DNA of 64,000 bases from a virus (lineage: Duplodnaviria; Heunggongvirae; Uroviricota; Caudoviricetes): IMG/VR virus record IMGVR_UViG_3300043105_000137, one strand, 5' to 3'. Position numbers and translations under genes: made by a program. Positions 17,798 to 27,090 of the stretch are shown here, piece after piece. Positions within the stretch are counted from its first letter, which is position 1. Every line of letters starts with the position of its first letter. The notes beneath the pieces are model-generated. The model saw nothing but the letters and a program-made list of their open reading frames with translations. It was not told the DNA's origin and made no database searches.

Positions 17798-18210
17798 CAA
17801 CTATTTTTATTATAACAGGTCTTGTTTTTGTTATATTTCTATTACTATCGGAGATGTATTCTAACTACAAGACGAAAAGATTTCGTAAGTCTATGTTATT
17901 TGGGGCACTCAATCCCAAAGGATATATCGAAAAATGGGAACAAGAACCTGAGACACACCCTCTATCATCAATACAAATCTTGGAAGCATATGGAAGACCT
18001 GATTGTATTGAAATAATAGAAGAAACAGATGCTAAGGTAAGTTATCAAATAAAACCCAAATTTGTCTGGTTTTATAAAGGAAGTGTCAAAGTTTCTGGTC
18101 CGATGTTTGTAAGTTTTGACAGTCAATATCGTGTCATAAAGATAGATGATATGTCTTATACATCAATGGAGAAACCCAGTTACATTACAGATGTTCATGT
18201 AAAAAAGTAA
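17794..18210 (+). CDS. Membrane-anchored hypothetical protein
   Basis: An N-terminal transmembrane helix is predicted. Confidence 0.4.
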   Translation: MTTIFIITGLVFVIFLLLSEMYSNYKTKRFRKSMLFGALNPKGYIEKWEQEPETHPLSSIQILEAYGRPDCIEIIEETDAKVSYQIKPKFVWFYKGSVKVSGPMFVSFDSQYRVIKIDDMSYTSMEKPSYITDVHVKK

Positions 18211-18239
18211 ACAAAAGTTAATTAAATCTCAAATAAATT

Positions 18240-19061
18240 ATGTTTAAGAAGTTTCTATTTTTTGTCATGGCCATTGTTACCATGATGTCTATGTCCTCTT
18301 GTCATATGGTTACTCCTGATGCTGATGAGGAAGCGGTTCTTATTTACAAGCCTTGGTTTTTTGGTCATGGTGGTGTTGATGATACCCCTGTTCAAACTGG
18401 TCTGACTTGGTGTTGTGCATCTACAAGTTCAGAAACATTCAAAATCACACCCCAACGATATGATGTTGATTTTGATGATATTATGTCTAATGATAACACC
18501 CCTCTGGACTATGCGACATATATCACCCTCCAAATCACACCGGGTAAATCTCCTATTCTAATGAAGAACTATGGTGTTGATTGGTTCAAGAATAACATTG
18601 AAGTAGTATATCGTAATTTCGTTCGTGAGGAGATTTCAAAGTATAGTCCTTTTGACCTAATGTCTAACCGAGAAGTTTGTACACAGATTGATACCGCAGT
18701 AAAGAATAAACTGGTGACACATATTCAAAATCTGTCAAAGAAGAAAGAATTTCCTGTTGAAGTTCGAGAAGTCATCACAGGTCGAGCTAAACCTAATGAC
18801 AAACAACTGGCTGAGATGAATAACACCGCCGCCGCAATTCAAGCTCGTCAAACTCAACAACGACTGGCTGAAAAAGAGGAAGCCCGTAAGAAAGCTGAGA
18901 TCGCTCGTGCTGAGGCCGACAAGGCGTATATGAAAGAGATGAACCTATCCCCTGAACAGTTTATCATGTTGAAGATTGTAGATAAAGCCAATCCCAATGT
19001 TGATATTGTTTTGGGTGGTGGAACAAACTCAATGTGGAATATCCGTCGAGGTGATAAATAA
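18240..19061 (+). CDS. SPFH/band-7 domain lipoprotein
   Basis: A signal peptide with lipobox (SMSSC) is present. The C-terminus has the Ala/Glu/Lys/Arg-rich coiled coil QARQTQQRLAEKEEARKKAEIARAEADKA typical of the HflK/C prohibitin family. Confidence 0.45.
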   Translation: MFKKFLFFVMAIVTMMSMSSCHMVTPDADEEAVLIYKPWFFGHGGVDDTPVQTGLTWCCASTSSETFKITPQRYDVDFDDIMSNDNTPLDYATYITLQITPGKSPILMKNYGVDWFKNNIEVVYRNFVREEISKYSPFDLMSNREVCTQIDTAVKNKLVTHIQNLSKKKEFPVEVREVITGRAKPNDKQLAEMNNTAAAIQARQTQQRLAEKEEARKKAEIARAEADKAYMKEMNLSPEQFIMLKIVDKANPNVDIVLGGGTNSMWNIRRGDK

Positions 19062-19122
19062 AATCTGGGAAGGGGAGTGAAACAATCTCCCCAACCCAAT
19101 TAATCTTAAATCAAACAACAAG

Positions 19123-19335
19123 ATGATTATAAACTTTGGTACCTGTGAAGATAAGATTGACCTTTATGGCCGACCTATCAAAAAATATGGATTTCGTTTC
19201 AAGAGATTTAACTACCTTATTGTAAAGGGTTGGAAAAATTATGAGCTCTTTCAATACCCTCTCAAAAATAAAAAAATGATTAGAGGTCAATTCTTAAACT
19301 CAATAGAAATTAAATGGATATGGCAAACAAATTAA
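19123..19335 (+). CDS. Hypothetical protein
   Basis: A 70-aa basic ORF. Confidence 0.3.
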   Translation: MIINFGTCEDKIDLYGRPIKKYGFRFKRFNYLIVKGWKNYELFQYPLKNKKMIRGQFLNSIEIKWIWQTN

Positions 19336-19631
19336 CTCGTGATGAACTTGAACGTCACCTTCTGGAAGTAAACAAACAACTGGAACAAGAACGTATCGAA
19401 CATCAAAAAACTATTGACCAAATTAATGAAAACTATTCTCAGTTACAAAGAGACCGAGAGAATGAGGAATATTATCAATGGGTGGAGAAAAATGGTAAGT
19501 TCCTTAGTAGATTCATTACAGACTTTATCGAGGAAAACCTTCAGATTTCATATCAAAATGAAGATGGATATGCCCATGTAGGTCTTTATTTTGGAAATGT
19601 TGAGATTAGTTATGATAGTGATATAATTTAA
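19314..19631 (+). CDS. Hypothetical coiled-coil protein
   Basis: A 105-aa ORF. Confidence 0.4.
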   Translation: MDMANKLTRDELERHLLEVNKQLEQERIEHQKTIDQINENYSQLQRDRENEEYYQWVEKNGKFLSRFITDFIEENLQISYQNEDGYAHVGLYFGNVEISYDSDII

Positions 19632-19644
19632 TAATAGATTAACT

Positions 19645-19929
19645 ATGAGCACAAGTTGTAAAATAAAGATTATAGATTCAAGAAGTGAGAAACCTGTTGA
19701 GTTATATGTATCACAAGATGGTTATCCCCACTATATTGGACAGAAATTGAAACTCCTTCTTGACAAACCAAAATCCGGTAGAGATTATCTTTGGGAGTTG
19801 TTGTCATCAGGTTTTGAACCAGAATATGACCCTGGTTTTAGTGATGCAGACTTTAATTATATAGTCTATCCTGAAAATCAAAAAATTACATATCAAAAAT
19901 ATAAAAGTAACGAAATTAATGAGTTGTAA
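19645..19929 (+). CDS. Hypothetical protein
   Basis: A 94-aa ORF. Confidence 0.4.
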   Translation: MSTSCKIKIIDSRSEKPVELYVSQDGYPHYIGQKLKLLLDKPKSGRDYLWELLSSGFEPEYDPGFSDADFNYIVYPENQKITYQKYKSNEINEL

Positions 19930-19931
19930 TC

Positions 19932-20468
19932 ATGGCAAAATTAAGTGAAGAAATATTTAATGTAGAAAAATATATGGAGTTTAATTCTGAAGCCACCCTT
20001 GAAGAATATCTAAAACACCTCAAACGTATCGAAAAAGATCAAGACATTAAAACTTCATATGCTAATTGTTGGTATGGTAATTTGGTAGGTCGATATTTTG
20101 TTAAGGAAGATATGAAAACTCCTACTTTCCTGTATCGAGAAATATTCAAAGTTGACCATGTTGACTTGGAAAAACAAGAAGCCTACGCTCAAGAATGTTA
20201 CCAAGCTTGTGCTATCTATGACAAGTATGGACACCCCACTGAAGTACAAACAAATATCCAATATGACTGTGAGGAATGGTTGGAGATGTTTGATAATCCT
20301 TGGTTGGGTAATATCGAGAGAAAAAATGACCCTGACTCTGTGATATATGAAATCTCAAAAGATGATTATATTCGTTTGGTCAAGAAGTATTTTCAACCCT
20401 CTCAACTAAACACAATGGAGTTCTTAAATGAAGATATTGACGTAATTGATGAACAACAACATGATTAA
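19932..20468 (+). CDS. Paralog family A member 1
   Basis: Shares the motifs ATLEEYLKHL, NLVGRYFV, FDNPW and E-I-S-x-D-Y with 20811, 21284, 21771 and 22368. Confidence 0.5.
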   Translation: MAKLSEEIFNVEKYMEFNSEATLEEYLKHLKRIEKDQDIKTSYANCWYGNLVGRYFVKEDMKTPTFLYREIFKVDHVDLEKQEAYAQECYQACAIYDKYGHPTEVQTNIQYDCEEWLEMFDNPWLGNIERKNDPDSVIYEISKDDYIRLVKKYFQPSQLNTMEFLNEDIDVIDEQQHD

Positions 20469-20808
20469 AGTACAACATCAAATTTGGAAAGACCGAACCA
20501 CAGATTTGATTTTTGAAGAAGGTGGTACGGTTCACTTGGATATATATGATGAACCAATTTCTTTGATATATCCGGTTAAGTCTTATATCTATTGTTTGTA
20601 TGTAGACGAAGATAAACGTAAACAAGGTATTGCTACAAGACTTCTACAAAAGGCTGAACAGTTGGCTAAGGAAGCAGGTATGACAGAAGTATATCTTGAT
20701 TATAATAAGGTTGTCCCCAATGACATACTTGAATGGTATATTCGTAATGGGTATAAACCTCTGATGGAAAATAGTGATGATACAATAACTTTAGTAAAAC
20801 AATTATAA
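20446..20808 (+). CDS. GNAT-family N-acetyltransferase
   Basis: The acetyl-CoA binding motif reads VDEDKRKQGIATRLLQKAEQLAKEAGMTEVYL. Confidence 0.55.
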   Translation: MMNNNMIKVQHQIWKDRTTDLIFEEGGTVHLDIYDEPISLIYPVKSYIYCLYVDEDKRKQGIATRLLQKAEQLAKEAGMTEVYLDYNKVVPNDILEWYIRNGYKPLMENSDDTITLVKQL

Positions 20809-20810
20809 CA

Positions 20811-21281
20811 ATGGGTTCTGGATTACAAAAACTTAGAGATTTCCTACAAGATAATCCCAAGGCATCTCTACAAGAATATTATGATTACCTTCAGGAAGAA
20901 AAGAAGGAACGTAACATGAGAAAAATAAAATACAATGCTTGGTTTGAGGAACAAGTAGGTAAATGTTTCAAACTTACTATCCCTAATAAGTATTTGTGTT
21001 ATTTCTTGTTGTCTGCAGTTGACCTTGACACAAAACGAGGATTGACTAAAAAATTGTATGAAGTTCATTTTGACAACTATGATGAACAACAAAGTGTGAC
21101 CGTTACAAGACTGGATAATCACAACGTTCCATTCGATAAGTTTGATAATCCATATGCCCTTATTGAAGAAATGTCTCTTAATCCACACCGATATGTAGAA
21201 ATTTCATCTGATGAGTATATAAAAGCTATGAATGAAATACAAAAAATACAAGCATCATCTGATAAACTTTCACTGTTATAA
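20811..21281 (+). CDS. Paralog family A member 2
   Basis: Carries the motifs ASLQEYYDYL, FEEQVGKCF and FDNPY. Confidence 0.5.
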   Translation: MGSGLQKLRDFLQDNPKASLQEYYDYLQEEKKERNMRKIKYNAWFEEQVGKCFKLTIPNKYLCYFLLSAVDLDTKRGLTKKLYEVHFDNYDEQQSVTVTRLDNHNVPFDKFDNPYALIEEMSLNPHRYVEISSDEYIKAMNEIQKIQASSDKLSLL

Positions 21282-21283
21282 CT

Positions 21284-21784
21284 ATGGAAAAATATTTTAA
21301 GGAACTAAAACAATATCTTTTTATTCATCCAGACGCAACTCTTGAAGAATTTAAACAATACTATGTTAAAACTAAATTTTTTGAAGAACTGGATAACAAT
21401 AGTGAGTATGCCCAGTGGTTTAAGACATTGGTAGGAAAATATTTTGTGATTAAGATTAATGGAGACGCTGAAATTCTTTACTTTAAGGTTGACCATGTTT
21501 CAAATGACACCGCCAAAACTCACACAATATTTAAATTCATCAATCACACAAACCTTGATGGGGATTATCAACAGTCATTAAAGTTTGAATGGGACAAAGA
21601 AATCCCTCTATATATCTTTGACAATCCATATTCAACTGTCGATTTAGATTATGATGTTAATAAAATTGAAGTCTTTGAAATAAGTGAATTTGAGTATTCA
21701 CATATGAGAGAAGAAGTCAATGGTCTTTTGGATGTATTCAATCAAATTGAACATATAGAAACTAAACATATTGAAAATGAATGA
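21284..21784 (+). CDS. Paralog family A member 3
   Basis: Carries the motifs ATLEEFKQYY, LVGKYFV and FDNPY. Confidence 0.5.
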   Translation: MEKYFKELKQYLFIHPDATLEEFKQYYVKTKFFEELDNNSEYAQWFKTLVGKYFVIKINGDAEILYFKVDHVSNDTAKTHTIFKFINHTNLDGDYQQSLKFEWDKEIPLYIFDNPYSTVDLDYDVNKIEVFEISEFEYSHMREEVNGLLDVFNQIEHIETKHIENE

Positions 21785-22349
21785 GAATATTACAATGGAA
21801 GAATTGGCCTATGAGTCTCTAAAAAAACGAGAACCAGAAGAACCAAATTATGAAAACTACACAAATCCTTATCGAGATGAATTAAATGATGATGATGATG
21901 TTCCAGAGGTAATTCGTGAAAATGAACTAATGGAACTCTATCTAAAAGAACATCCCGAAGGTAATTACTCCGGTTTCCTTGAGTGGTCGGATTCATATAT
22001 GTTGGAACAGGATACCGAGAAGTTACATAAACTACGACCTTGGATTAGAGAGGATGATGAATACATAGATAAGTATTACAAACTTATTGATCACAAGAGT
22101 AATACGACTATGGTTTTCTATGTTCCTGAAATCCAAACCCAGAGTTATAAGATTGAAAATGTCTATATCCACTATGTTAATGAAAATGTATTCAAGTATA
22201 GTCCTTATGGTAAACTACGTTATCAAATCTTCCATAAAGAATCAAGAATTAAAGAAGAAGATTATGAAGGTTTGGAAGTTATTGAAATCACCAAAGAACA
22301 ATATAATGAGGTGATTAATGCATTCAACCAACTTGTCTATACTTTTTGA
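21771..22349 (+). CDS. Paralog family A member 4 (divergent)
   Basis: Shares the C-terminal E-I-T-x-E-Q-Y motif and its size with the family. Confidence 0.4.
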   Translation: MKMNENITMEELAYESLKKREPEEPNYENYTNPYRDELNDDDDVPEVIRENELMELYLKEHPEGNYSGFLEWSDSYMLEQDTEKLHKLRPWIREDDEYIDKYYKLIDHKSNTTMVFYVPEIQTQSYKIENVYIHYVNENVFKYSPYGKLRYQIFHKESRIKEEDYEGLEVIEITKEQYNEVINAFNQLVYTF

Positions 22350-22367
22350 CAACTAAAATTATAAACA

Positions 22368-22871
22368 ATGAGTTCACAAGAATTAAATGATGCGGCGGAT
22401 TATTTAGTAGACCACCCTGACGCAACTCTTCGAGATTATTTAGTATATCATCACAGTAAAGAGAAACAATTTAATCTCAGTGATAAAGAGAAACAATGTT
22501 TACAATTCTACAATAACTTAGTTGGTCGTTATTTCGTATTGGAAGACCTTAACAAAAAAGTCAAATCGGTTTTTCAAATAACAGATTATGACGAACCTGT
22601 TGGTGGTTTTTGGACGAAACGATTCTACGAAATTTCTGATGACATTTATATGGAGAATGGAATATTCATGTCAATTCAAACCGAAAGTTTTGTATCTGAA
22701 CAGTATATCGACAATCCTTATAGTGAGAATTTTAACCCTCACCCTAATGTAAAATGTACAGAAATCACAGAAACACAATATAATAGTGTGGTTGAGTTGT
22801 TTGATGAGATGGTAAGTATTCAAAGTAATGTTTATAAAGTTCTATCAAATCACGACAACAAAACTAAATAG
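22368..22871 (+). CDS. Paralog family A member 5
   Basis: Carries the motifs ATLRDYLVYH, NLVGRYFVLED and IDNPY. Confidence 0.5.
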   Translation: MSSQELNDAADYLVDHPDATLRDYLVYHHSKEKQFNLSDKEKQCLQFYNNLVGRYFVLEDLNKKVKSVFQITDYDEPVGGFWTKRFYEISDDIYMENGIFMSIQTESFVSEQYIDNPYSENFNPHPNVKCTEITETQYNSVVELFDEMVSIQSNVYKVLSNHDNKTK

Positions 22872-22895
22872 AATGTTTTTAATATTTTAACAGGA

Positions 22896-22945
22896 TTCAT
22901 TTGGAGAAACCAGATGAATCCTGTAACTTTGTATTGTAATTAAAA
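22896..22945 (+). promoter_or_regulatory. Class-1 promoter variant inside a hairpin
   Basis: The sequence is TTTGG...TAacTTTGtattgtaa. It is flanked by the 10-bp inverted repeat caggattcat/atgaatcctg. Confidence 0.4.
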
Positions 22946-22975
22946 AACAACATTACACAAGATGAAAGATAAAAG

Positions 22976-23042
22976 ATTTAACAAATTTTTAGCACTTAAA
23001 ATTTGGTCAGGTCAAAAAAATCAATTATCTTTGTAGTGTAAA
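22976..23042 (+). promoter_or_regulatory. Class-1 promoter cassette
   Basis: The full cassette is followed by a conserved leader AAAAGAAAACAAAAGTTTAACTCTCTAAA. Confidence 0.6.
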
Positions 23043-23078
23043 AAGAAAACAAAAGTTTAACTCTCTAAACAAAAAATT

Positions 23079-23345
23079 ATGGCAACGAAAACTAAATATC
23101 GTTTATACACAACTGGAAATTATGACTATGAAATCATTAAAATCCAAAAACGTAGATGGTGGGGATGGCAAACTATCAAGACTTATCCTCCATTCAGTTG
23201 GGTTGATGGTGAAGTAGATTTAACTACCAGAGATGGGAATCATCCAATTAGAGAACATGCTGAGAAACTACTCAATCTATTGGAAGATGATATATTGGTT
23301 AAATATCCACCCCAACGACCACTTCTTGAAAGAATCCTTTTTTAA
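23079..23345 (+). CDS. Hypothetical protein (88 aa)
   Basis: Sits behind a strong promoter cassette and the conserved leader. Confidence 0.5.
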   Translation: MATKTKYRLYTTGNYDYEIIKIQKRRWWGWQTIKTYPPFSWVDGEVDLTTRDGNHPIREHAEKLLNLLEDDILVKYPPQRPLLERILF

Positions 23346-23365
23346 TAGGATTACATAAGATAAAA

Positions 23366-23433
23366 GATTTAACAAATTTTTAGCACTTAAAATTTGGTCA
23401 GGTCAAAAAAATCAAGTATCTTTGTAGTGTAAA
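23366..23433 (+). promoter_or_regulatory. Class-1 promoter cassette
   Basis: Near-identical to the copy at 22976-23042, including the leader. Confidence 0.6.
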
Positions 23434-23470
23434 AAGAAAACAAAAGTTTAACTCTCTAAATAAAGAAATC

Positions 23471-23746
23471 ATGACAACCCTTCAACAACTCCGTAAAGCT
23501 CTCCAAACGTCAATCGTTACTTTCACCTACGTCAAAAAGAATGGTGAACTCCGAGAAGCTAAGGGTACCACAGACCCTGAATACATCTCCGAACAAAACT
23601 ACCGCCCACAAGGTGGTTATGGTCCGGGTGAATATGGTTTCAACTCTTACTGGGACATCGACCGTTGTGACTGGCGATGCTACCACCCAAGTTCAGTGGT
23701 GGAAATCAAATCTATTCAACCACTTGAAGAAGAAGCAGAAGTTTAA
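23471..23746 (+). CDS. Hypothetical protein (91 aa)
   Basis: Sits behind a promoter cassette and the conserved leader. Confidence 0.5.
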   Translation: MTTLQQLRKALQTSIVTFTYVKKNGELREAKGTTDPEYISEQNYRPQGGYGPGEYGFNSYWDIDRCDWRCYHPSSVVEIKSIQPLEEEAEV

Positions 23747-23852
23747 ACATTTTAGTCATATCGTTCATTCCCACAGGTGTAATAGTCCTGATCGGTAAAA
23801 GACCTGTGGGAATTTTTTCAAACAAAATCACTAACTATCTAAACAATAAATC

Positions 23853-24377
23853 ATGTCTACAACTTTTACCCAATATACAGTCAAGAAAACATTACCCATC
23901 TTTGGTGAAGACAAACCCCGAAAAGGTGACACATTCTTTTGGGATGACAATACGAAAAGTTATCGTACACGAGATGGTAAAGTTCTCCCAAGTTTTGTAA
24001 ATATAAATGACAAAACCAACTTTACCGAAACCGAACGAACTTATCCTTTTGAATCTGGTTCACACGTTATGTTCACCTACCGAGGGCACAACCAAACCGG
24101 AGTTATTCAAAACCCCATCACTCCTTTTGACACTTATATCAAAATAGATGGTAGTTATGACAATATAGTCCATGTCAAATTGGAGGACATCGAAAAACCT
24201 GTATCTGACTACAAATATTGGTACATCAGTTCGACAGGTCAAATCCGCTCAGCTATCATTGGAATACGTGAATCTGTAGATGAGTTCCGTAAACAATGTG
24301 GTAACTACTTTGACACAAAATCAGAAGCTGAGTATTATATTAAACATCTCCCAAACATTAAAAATTCCGAATCATGA
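23853..24377 (+). CDS. Hypothetical protein with a family-B-like C-terminal module
   Basis: The C-terminus YWYISSTGQIRS...NYFDTKSEAEYYIK resembles the YYYV..G.I....NYF.T.eEA..S.lY module of the 45-58 kb paralog family. Confidence 0.45.
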   Translation: MSTTFTQYTVKKTLPIFGEDKPRKGDTFFWDDNTKSYRTRDGKVLPSFVNINDKTNFTETERTYPFESGSHVMFTYRGHNQTGVIQNPITPFDTYIKIDGSYDNIVHVKLEDIEKPVSDYKYWYISSTGQIRSAIIGIRESVDEFRKQCGNYFDTKSEAEYYIKHLPNIKNSES

Positions 24378-24520
24378 AGGTATCTAAGTTAAAAGAAATT
24401 CTAAATAGTCTTCCTGATGAATGTGAAGATTATGATGTCATCTTTGGTGAATGTGTTATTGGTGACAAAATACGTTCTATCAAGGTTAAAGGAAAGAAAA
24501 TTGTAGTATCTTACGTCTAA
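24374..24520 (+). CDS. Small hypothetical protein (48 aa)
   Basis: An ATGA-overlapped ORF, MKVSKLKEILNSLPDECEDYDVIFGEC... Confidence 0.3.
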   Translation: MKVSKLKEILNSLPDECEDYDVIFGECVIGDKIRSIKVKGKKIVVSYV

Positions 24521-24532
24521 AAATCTGTCATT

Positions 24533-24901
24533 ATGCGAACTTATCAATTTATCAACTCAGTTCAAATCGTAGAAATCAGGTTATTTGGTTCAAAGGAATA
24601 TTCTCCTATTTGTTACCACACAAAACATCATCTCTTTGGTATCTCTTTTCTTCCAGTCATTGGTGGATACTACCATGATGTTTTAACTTCACAAAACATA
24701 CCGGAATCTGAAATAAAAGATTATATTGATGAAGACTTGTATATCCACCCTGACACTAAGTATGTCATGGAGTACCCCAGTGTTGAAATCCACCTCTCCA
24801 ATGATGATGTGATAACTCGACATTTCAAAACATATGAGAGAGCTGATAAGTTCACACATGCCCTTATCAATGAATCTGGAGCTCGATTTTATAAACTCTA
24901 A
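24533..24901 (+). CDS. Hypothetical protein
   Basis: A 122-aa ORF. Confidence 0.4.
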   Translation: MRTYQFINSVQIVEIRLFGSKEYSPICYHTKHHLFGISFLPVIGGYYHDVLTSQNIPESEIKDYIDEDLYIHPDTKYVMEYPSVEIHLSNDDVITRHFKTYERADKFTHALINESGARFYKL

Positions 24902-24947
24902 GTGAGAATCCTGACTGATAATTGGTTAGGATGAAAACCAAAAAAAA

Positions 24948-24967
24948 TTTGTTATATTTAATATGAA
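24948..24967 (+). promoter_or_regulatory. Class-2 conserved upstream motif overlapping a start codon
   Basis: In TTTGTTATATTTAATATGAAT the ATG is the start of the SLT gene. Confidence 0.45.
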
Positions 24968-25472
24968 TCTTCTGCGATTGCAAAGATTTCTATTTATTAT
25001 TTCCCTATTTTTTAATACCGTTTTCACTCTCTATTTTCTCCTTAGACCAACTAACCAAGAAAACACAGTGGAAACGGTTTCTTTAGGTCAAGAAAATAAT
25101 ATAAAGGAATCTGATGACCAAATGTCTGATTGGAATATGTTCACTATGGCTCTGATGAAGGTTGAAAGTGAATATGACTCAACACAGGTATCCTCAAAAG
25201 GTGCAAAAGGTTATTTTCAAATCACTCCAGTCTATGTTAATGAGGTAAATCGAGTTCACAATACAAATTACAGTATGAACGATGTCCTCAGTTTTGACTC
25301 AGCCTATGAAATATTTGACCTTATGCAGAAAGCCCACAACCCGGATTATTCAATGAAAACAGCCATCCAACTACACAATGGTAAATCTTATTGGTATCGG
25401 AAAAGGGTAATGAATGCTTATGAGGATATAAAAAAATATGAAAAATTACGGCGAAAAGTCGTACGAACATAA
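24963..25472 (+). CDS. Lytic transglycosylase (SLT domain), membrane-anchored
   Basis: An N-terminal transmembrane helix is predicted. The segment MKVESEYDSTQVSSKGAKGYFQITP matches the SLT catalytic motif (ES...G.GLMQI). Confidence 0.5.
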   Translation: MNLLRLQRFLFIISLFFNTVFTLYFLLRPTNQENTVETVSLGQENNIKESDDQMSDWNMFTMALMKVESEYDSTQVSSKGAKGYFQITPVYVNEVNRVHNTNYSMNDVLSFDSAYEIFDLMQKAHNPDYSMKTAIQLHNGKSYWYRKRVMNAYEDIKKYEKLRRKVVRT

Positions 25473-25473
25473 A

Positions 25474-25498
25474 TTTGTTTGTTATATTTAATATGTAA
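25474..25498 (+). promoter_or_regulatory. Class-2 conserved upstream motif
   Basis: The sequence TTTGTTTGTTATATTTAATATGTAA lies 58 nt upstream of the OmpA-like gene. Confidence 0.45.
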
Positions 25499-25555
25499 GT
25501 TTTTTAACCGTTAGTTCTTATTAAAACAAAATTTAATAAAAGGAAAAAAGATTTT

Positions 25556-26674
25556 ATGAAAAAAATTATTATGATGTTGGTGATGGTATTTGCCTCACTT
25601 TCAATGTTTGCCCAACAAACCACAGTTGAGGGTTCTAAATTCTTCGATAACACTTATGTTGGTGTTTCTGTTGGTGGACAAGTTGGTATGAATGATATTA
25701 TTGGTCATTCAAATTGGACAGTAGCTCCTGATGCTAATCTCTATCTTGGTAAATGGTTCACTCCTATCTTTGGTATGGAACTTAATGGTGAAGCAGTATT
25801 CCATGATGGTTTCTCTACACGAAACAAATTCGTAGACGCAAGTTATGTTGGACTGAACGCCCGTCTAAATCTCAACAATATCTTTCACAAATATCGTGGT
25901 GAAAGTGACCGAGTAGAAGTAATCCCCTTCGTTGGTGTTGGTTGGCTTCATGCTTATGGTAATGGTACAGTAGAAGATAAAGGTAATGTTCCTACCGTTC
26001 AAGCAGTTGGTCGTAATGCCTTCGCCACTAAAATGGGTATTGACTTGGCCTTCAATCTTGGTGAAACAAAAGCTTGGGTAATTGATGTTCGACCCACTGT
26101 AATGTATGCCCTTTCAGGTTCTAATTACACTGGTGAACCTTACTACAATGTAAACAAAGCACGTGTTGGTCTTGAAGTTGGTTTCACATATAAGTTTGGA
26201 CATAAAAATTCAAAGGGTGTAACAACTCACAACTTCACAAAAGCTTATACAGTTCGTGAATATGATGAAATGGTAGAACGTCTATCTAATGTAACTCCTG
26301 ATACTGTTGTAGTTACTAATGATGTTGTTCGTGAAGTTGTTCGTGAAGTACCCGTAACAAGTTATGTAGTATCATCTCCTTACTTTACAAAGGGTGAATA
26401 TACTTTGGATCCCACTTCAAATAAAGTCCTTGACACTCTCGCAACTCAAATTAAGAGTGACAACAAAGAATATGTAATCACTGGTTGGGCATCTATCGAA
26501 GGTGAGGAAACTTATAACTCAACACTCTCACTCCATCGTGCAGAAGCTGTTCGTAATGCACTTGTAGAACGTGGTGTACCTACTACTCGTCTGTCTGTGG
26601 TTGCTGGTGGTGCTACTCAGCAATTTGGTTCTGACTACGAAAGTAATCGTACGGTAACTGTTACAAGTAAATAA
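25556..26674 (+). CDS. OmpA-family outer-membrane protein
   Basis: A signal peptide is predicted. The N-terminal region looks beta-barrel-like. The C-terminus LSLHRAEAVRNALVERGVPTTRLSVVAGGATQ...NRTVTV matches the OmpA peptidoglycan-binding signature. Confidence 0.6.
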   Translation: MKKIIMMLVMVFASLSMFAQQTTVEGSKFFDNTYVGVSVGGQVGMNDIIGHSNWTVAPDANLYLGKWFTPIFGMELNGEAVFHDGFSTRNKFVDASYVGLNARLNLNNIFHKYRGESDRVEVIPFVGVGWLHAYGNGTVEDKGNVPTVQAVGRNAFATKMGIDLAFNLGETKAWVIDVRPTVMYALSGSNYTGEPYYNVNKARVGLEVGFTYKFGHKNSKGVTTHNFTKAYTVREYDEMVERLSNVTPDTVVVTNDVVREVVREVPVTSYVVSSPYFTKGEYTLDPTSNKVLDTLATQIKSDNKEYVITGWASIEGEETYNSTLSLHRAEAVRNALVERGVPTTRLSVVAGGATQQFGSDYESNRTVTVTSK

Positions 26675-26695
26675 ATTAATTAAACATAAATAACC

Positions 26696-26723
26696 TTGGT
26701 GGTGATGTAAAAGTCACCACCAA
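26696..26723 (+). terminator. Hairpin terminator
   Basis: A perfect 10-bp stem ttggtggtga/tcaccaccaa is followed by an A/T-rich tract. Confidence 0.5.
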
Positions 26724-26759
26724 TAAATAAAATAAAAATTCAATAATAACTAAAAAATC

Positions 26760-26939
26760 ATGAAGAAAATTCTTATCGCGATTGTTGCAGTGTTTGCTAT
26801 GTCATGTGTTGCTTGTACAAATGGTGCAGGTGCTGGTTCTGAAACCTCTACTGACTCTACCGAAGTCGTTGTTGACTCTCTTGGTGTAGATTCACTTGCT
26901 GTTGACACAGTAGCCGTTGATTCACTTGGTATCTAAAAC
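26760..26939 (+). CDS. Small secreted lipoprotein (59 aa)
   Basis: The sequence MKKILIAIVAVFAMSCVAC... has a lipobox, followed by repeated (V/A)DSL motifs. It falls below the track cutoff. Confidence 0.4.
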
Positions 26940-26977
26940 TTACAATACAGTTAATTAGTAAACAGAACTAAACGGTC

Positions 26978-27013
26978 GGGACAAAGTAATTTACTTTGCC
27001 CCATTTTTTTTTG
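26978..27013 (+). terminator. Rho-independent terminator
   Basis: The stem gggacaaagtaa/ttactttgcccc is followed by T9. Confidence 0.6.
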
Positions 27014-27033
27014 TTATTTTTTTTAGTAAAATA

Positions 27034-27073
27034 TTTGGTGGTTTCAATTTTTTCTTGTATCTTTGTAGTGTAA
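27034..27073 (+). promoter_or_regulatory. Class-1 promoter (core only)
   Basis: The core reads ATTTGG...TAtcTTTGtagtgtaa. Confidence 0.55.
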
Positions 27074-27090
27074 TTCAAAACAAACAATAT

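Noticed and set aside
23541-23798. The 85-aa ORF overlapping 23471-23746 in another frame, and similar nested ORFs (17822-18016, 20152-20343, 22087-22314, 36019-36204, 39689-39880, 41502-41687, 54917-55102, 59064-59276, 60441-60632)
   Set aside because: These lie entirely within longer same-strand ORFs that have better start context. They have low-complexity sequences and are judged to be frame artefacts.
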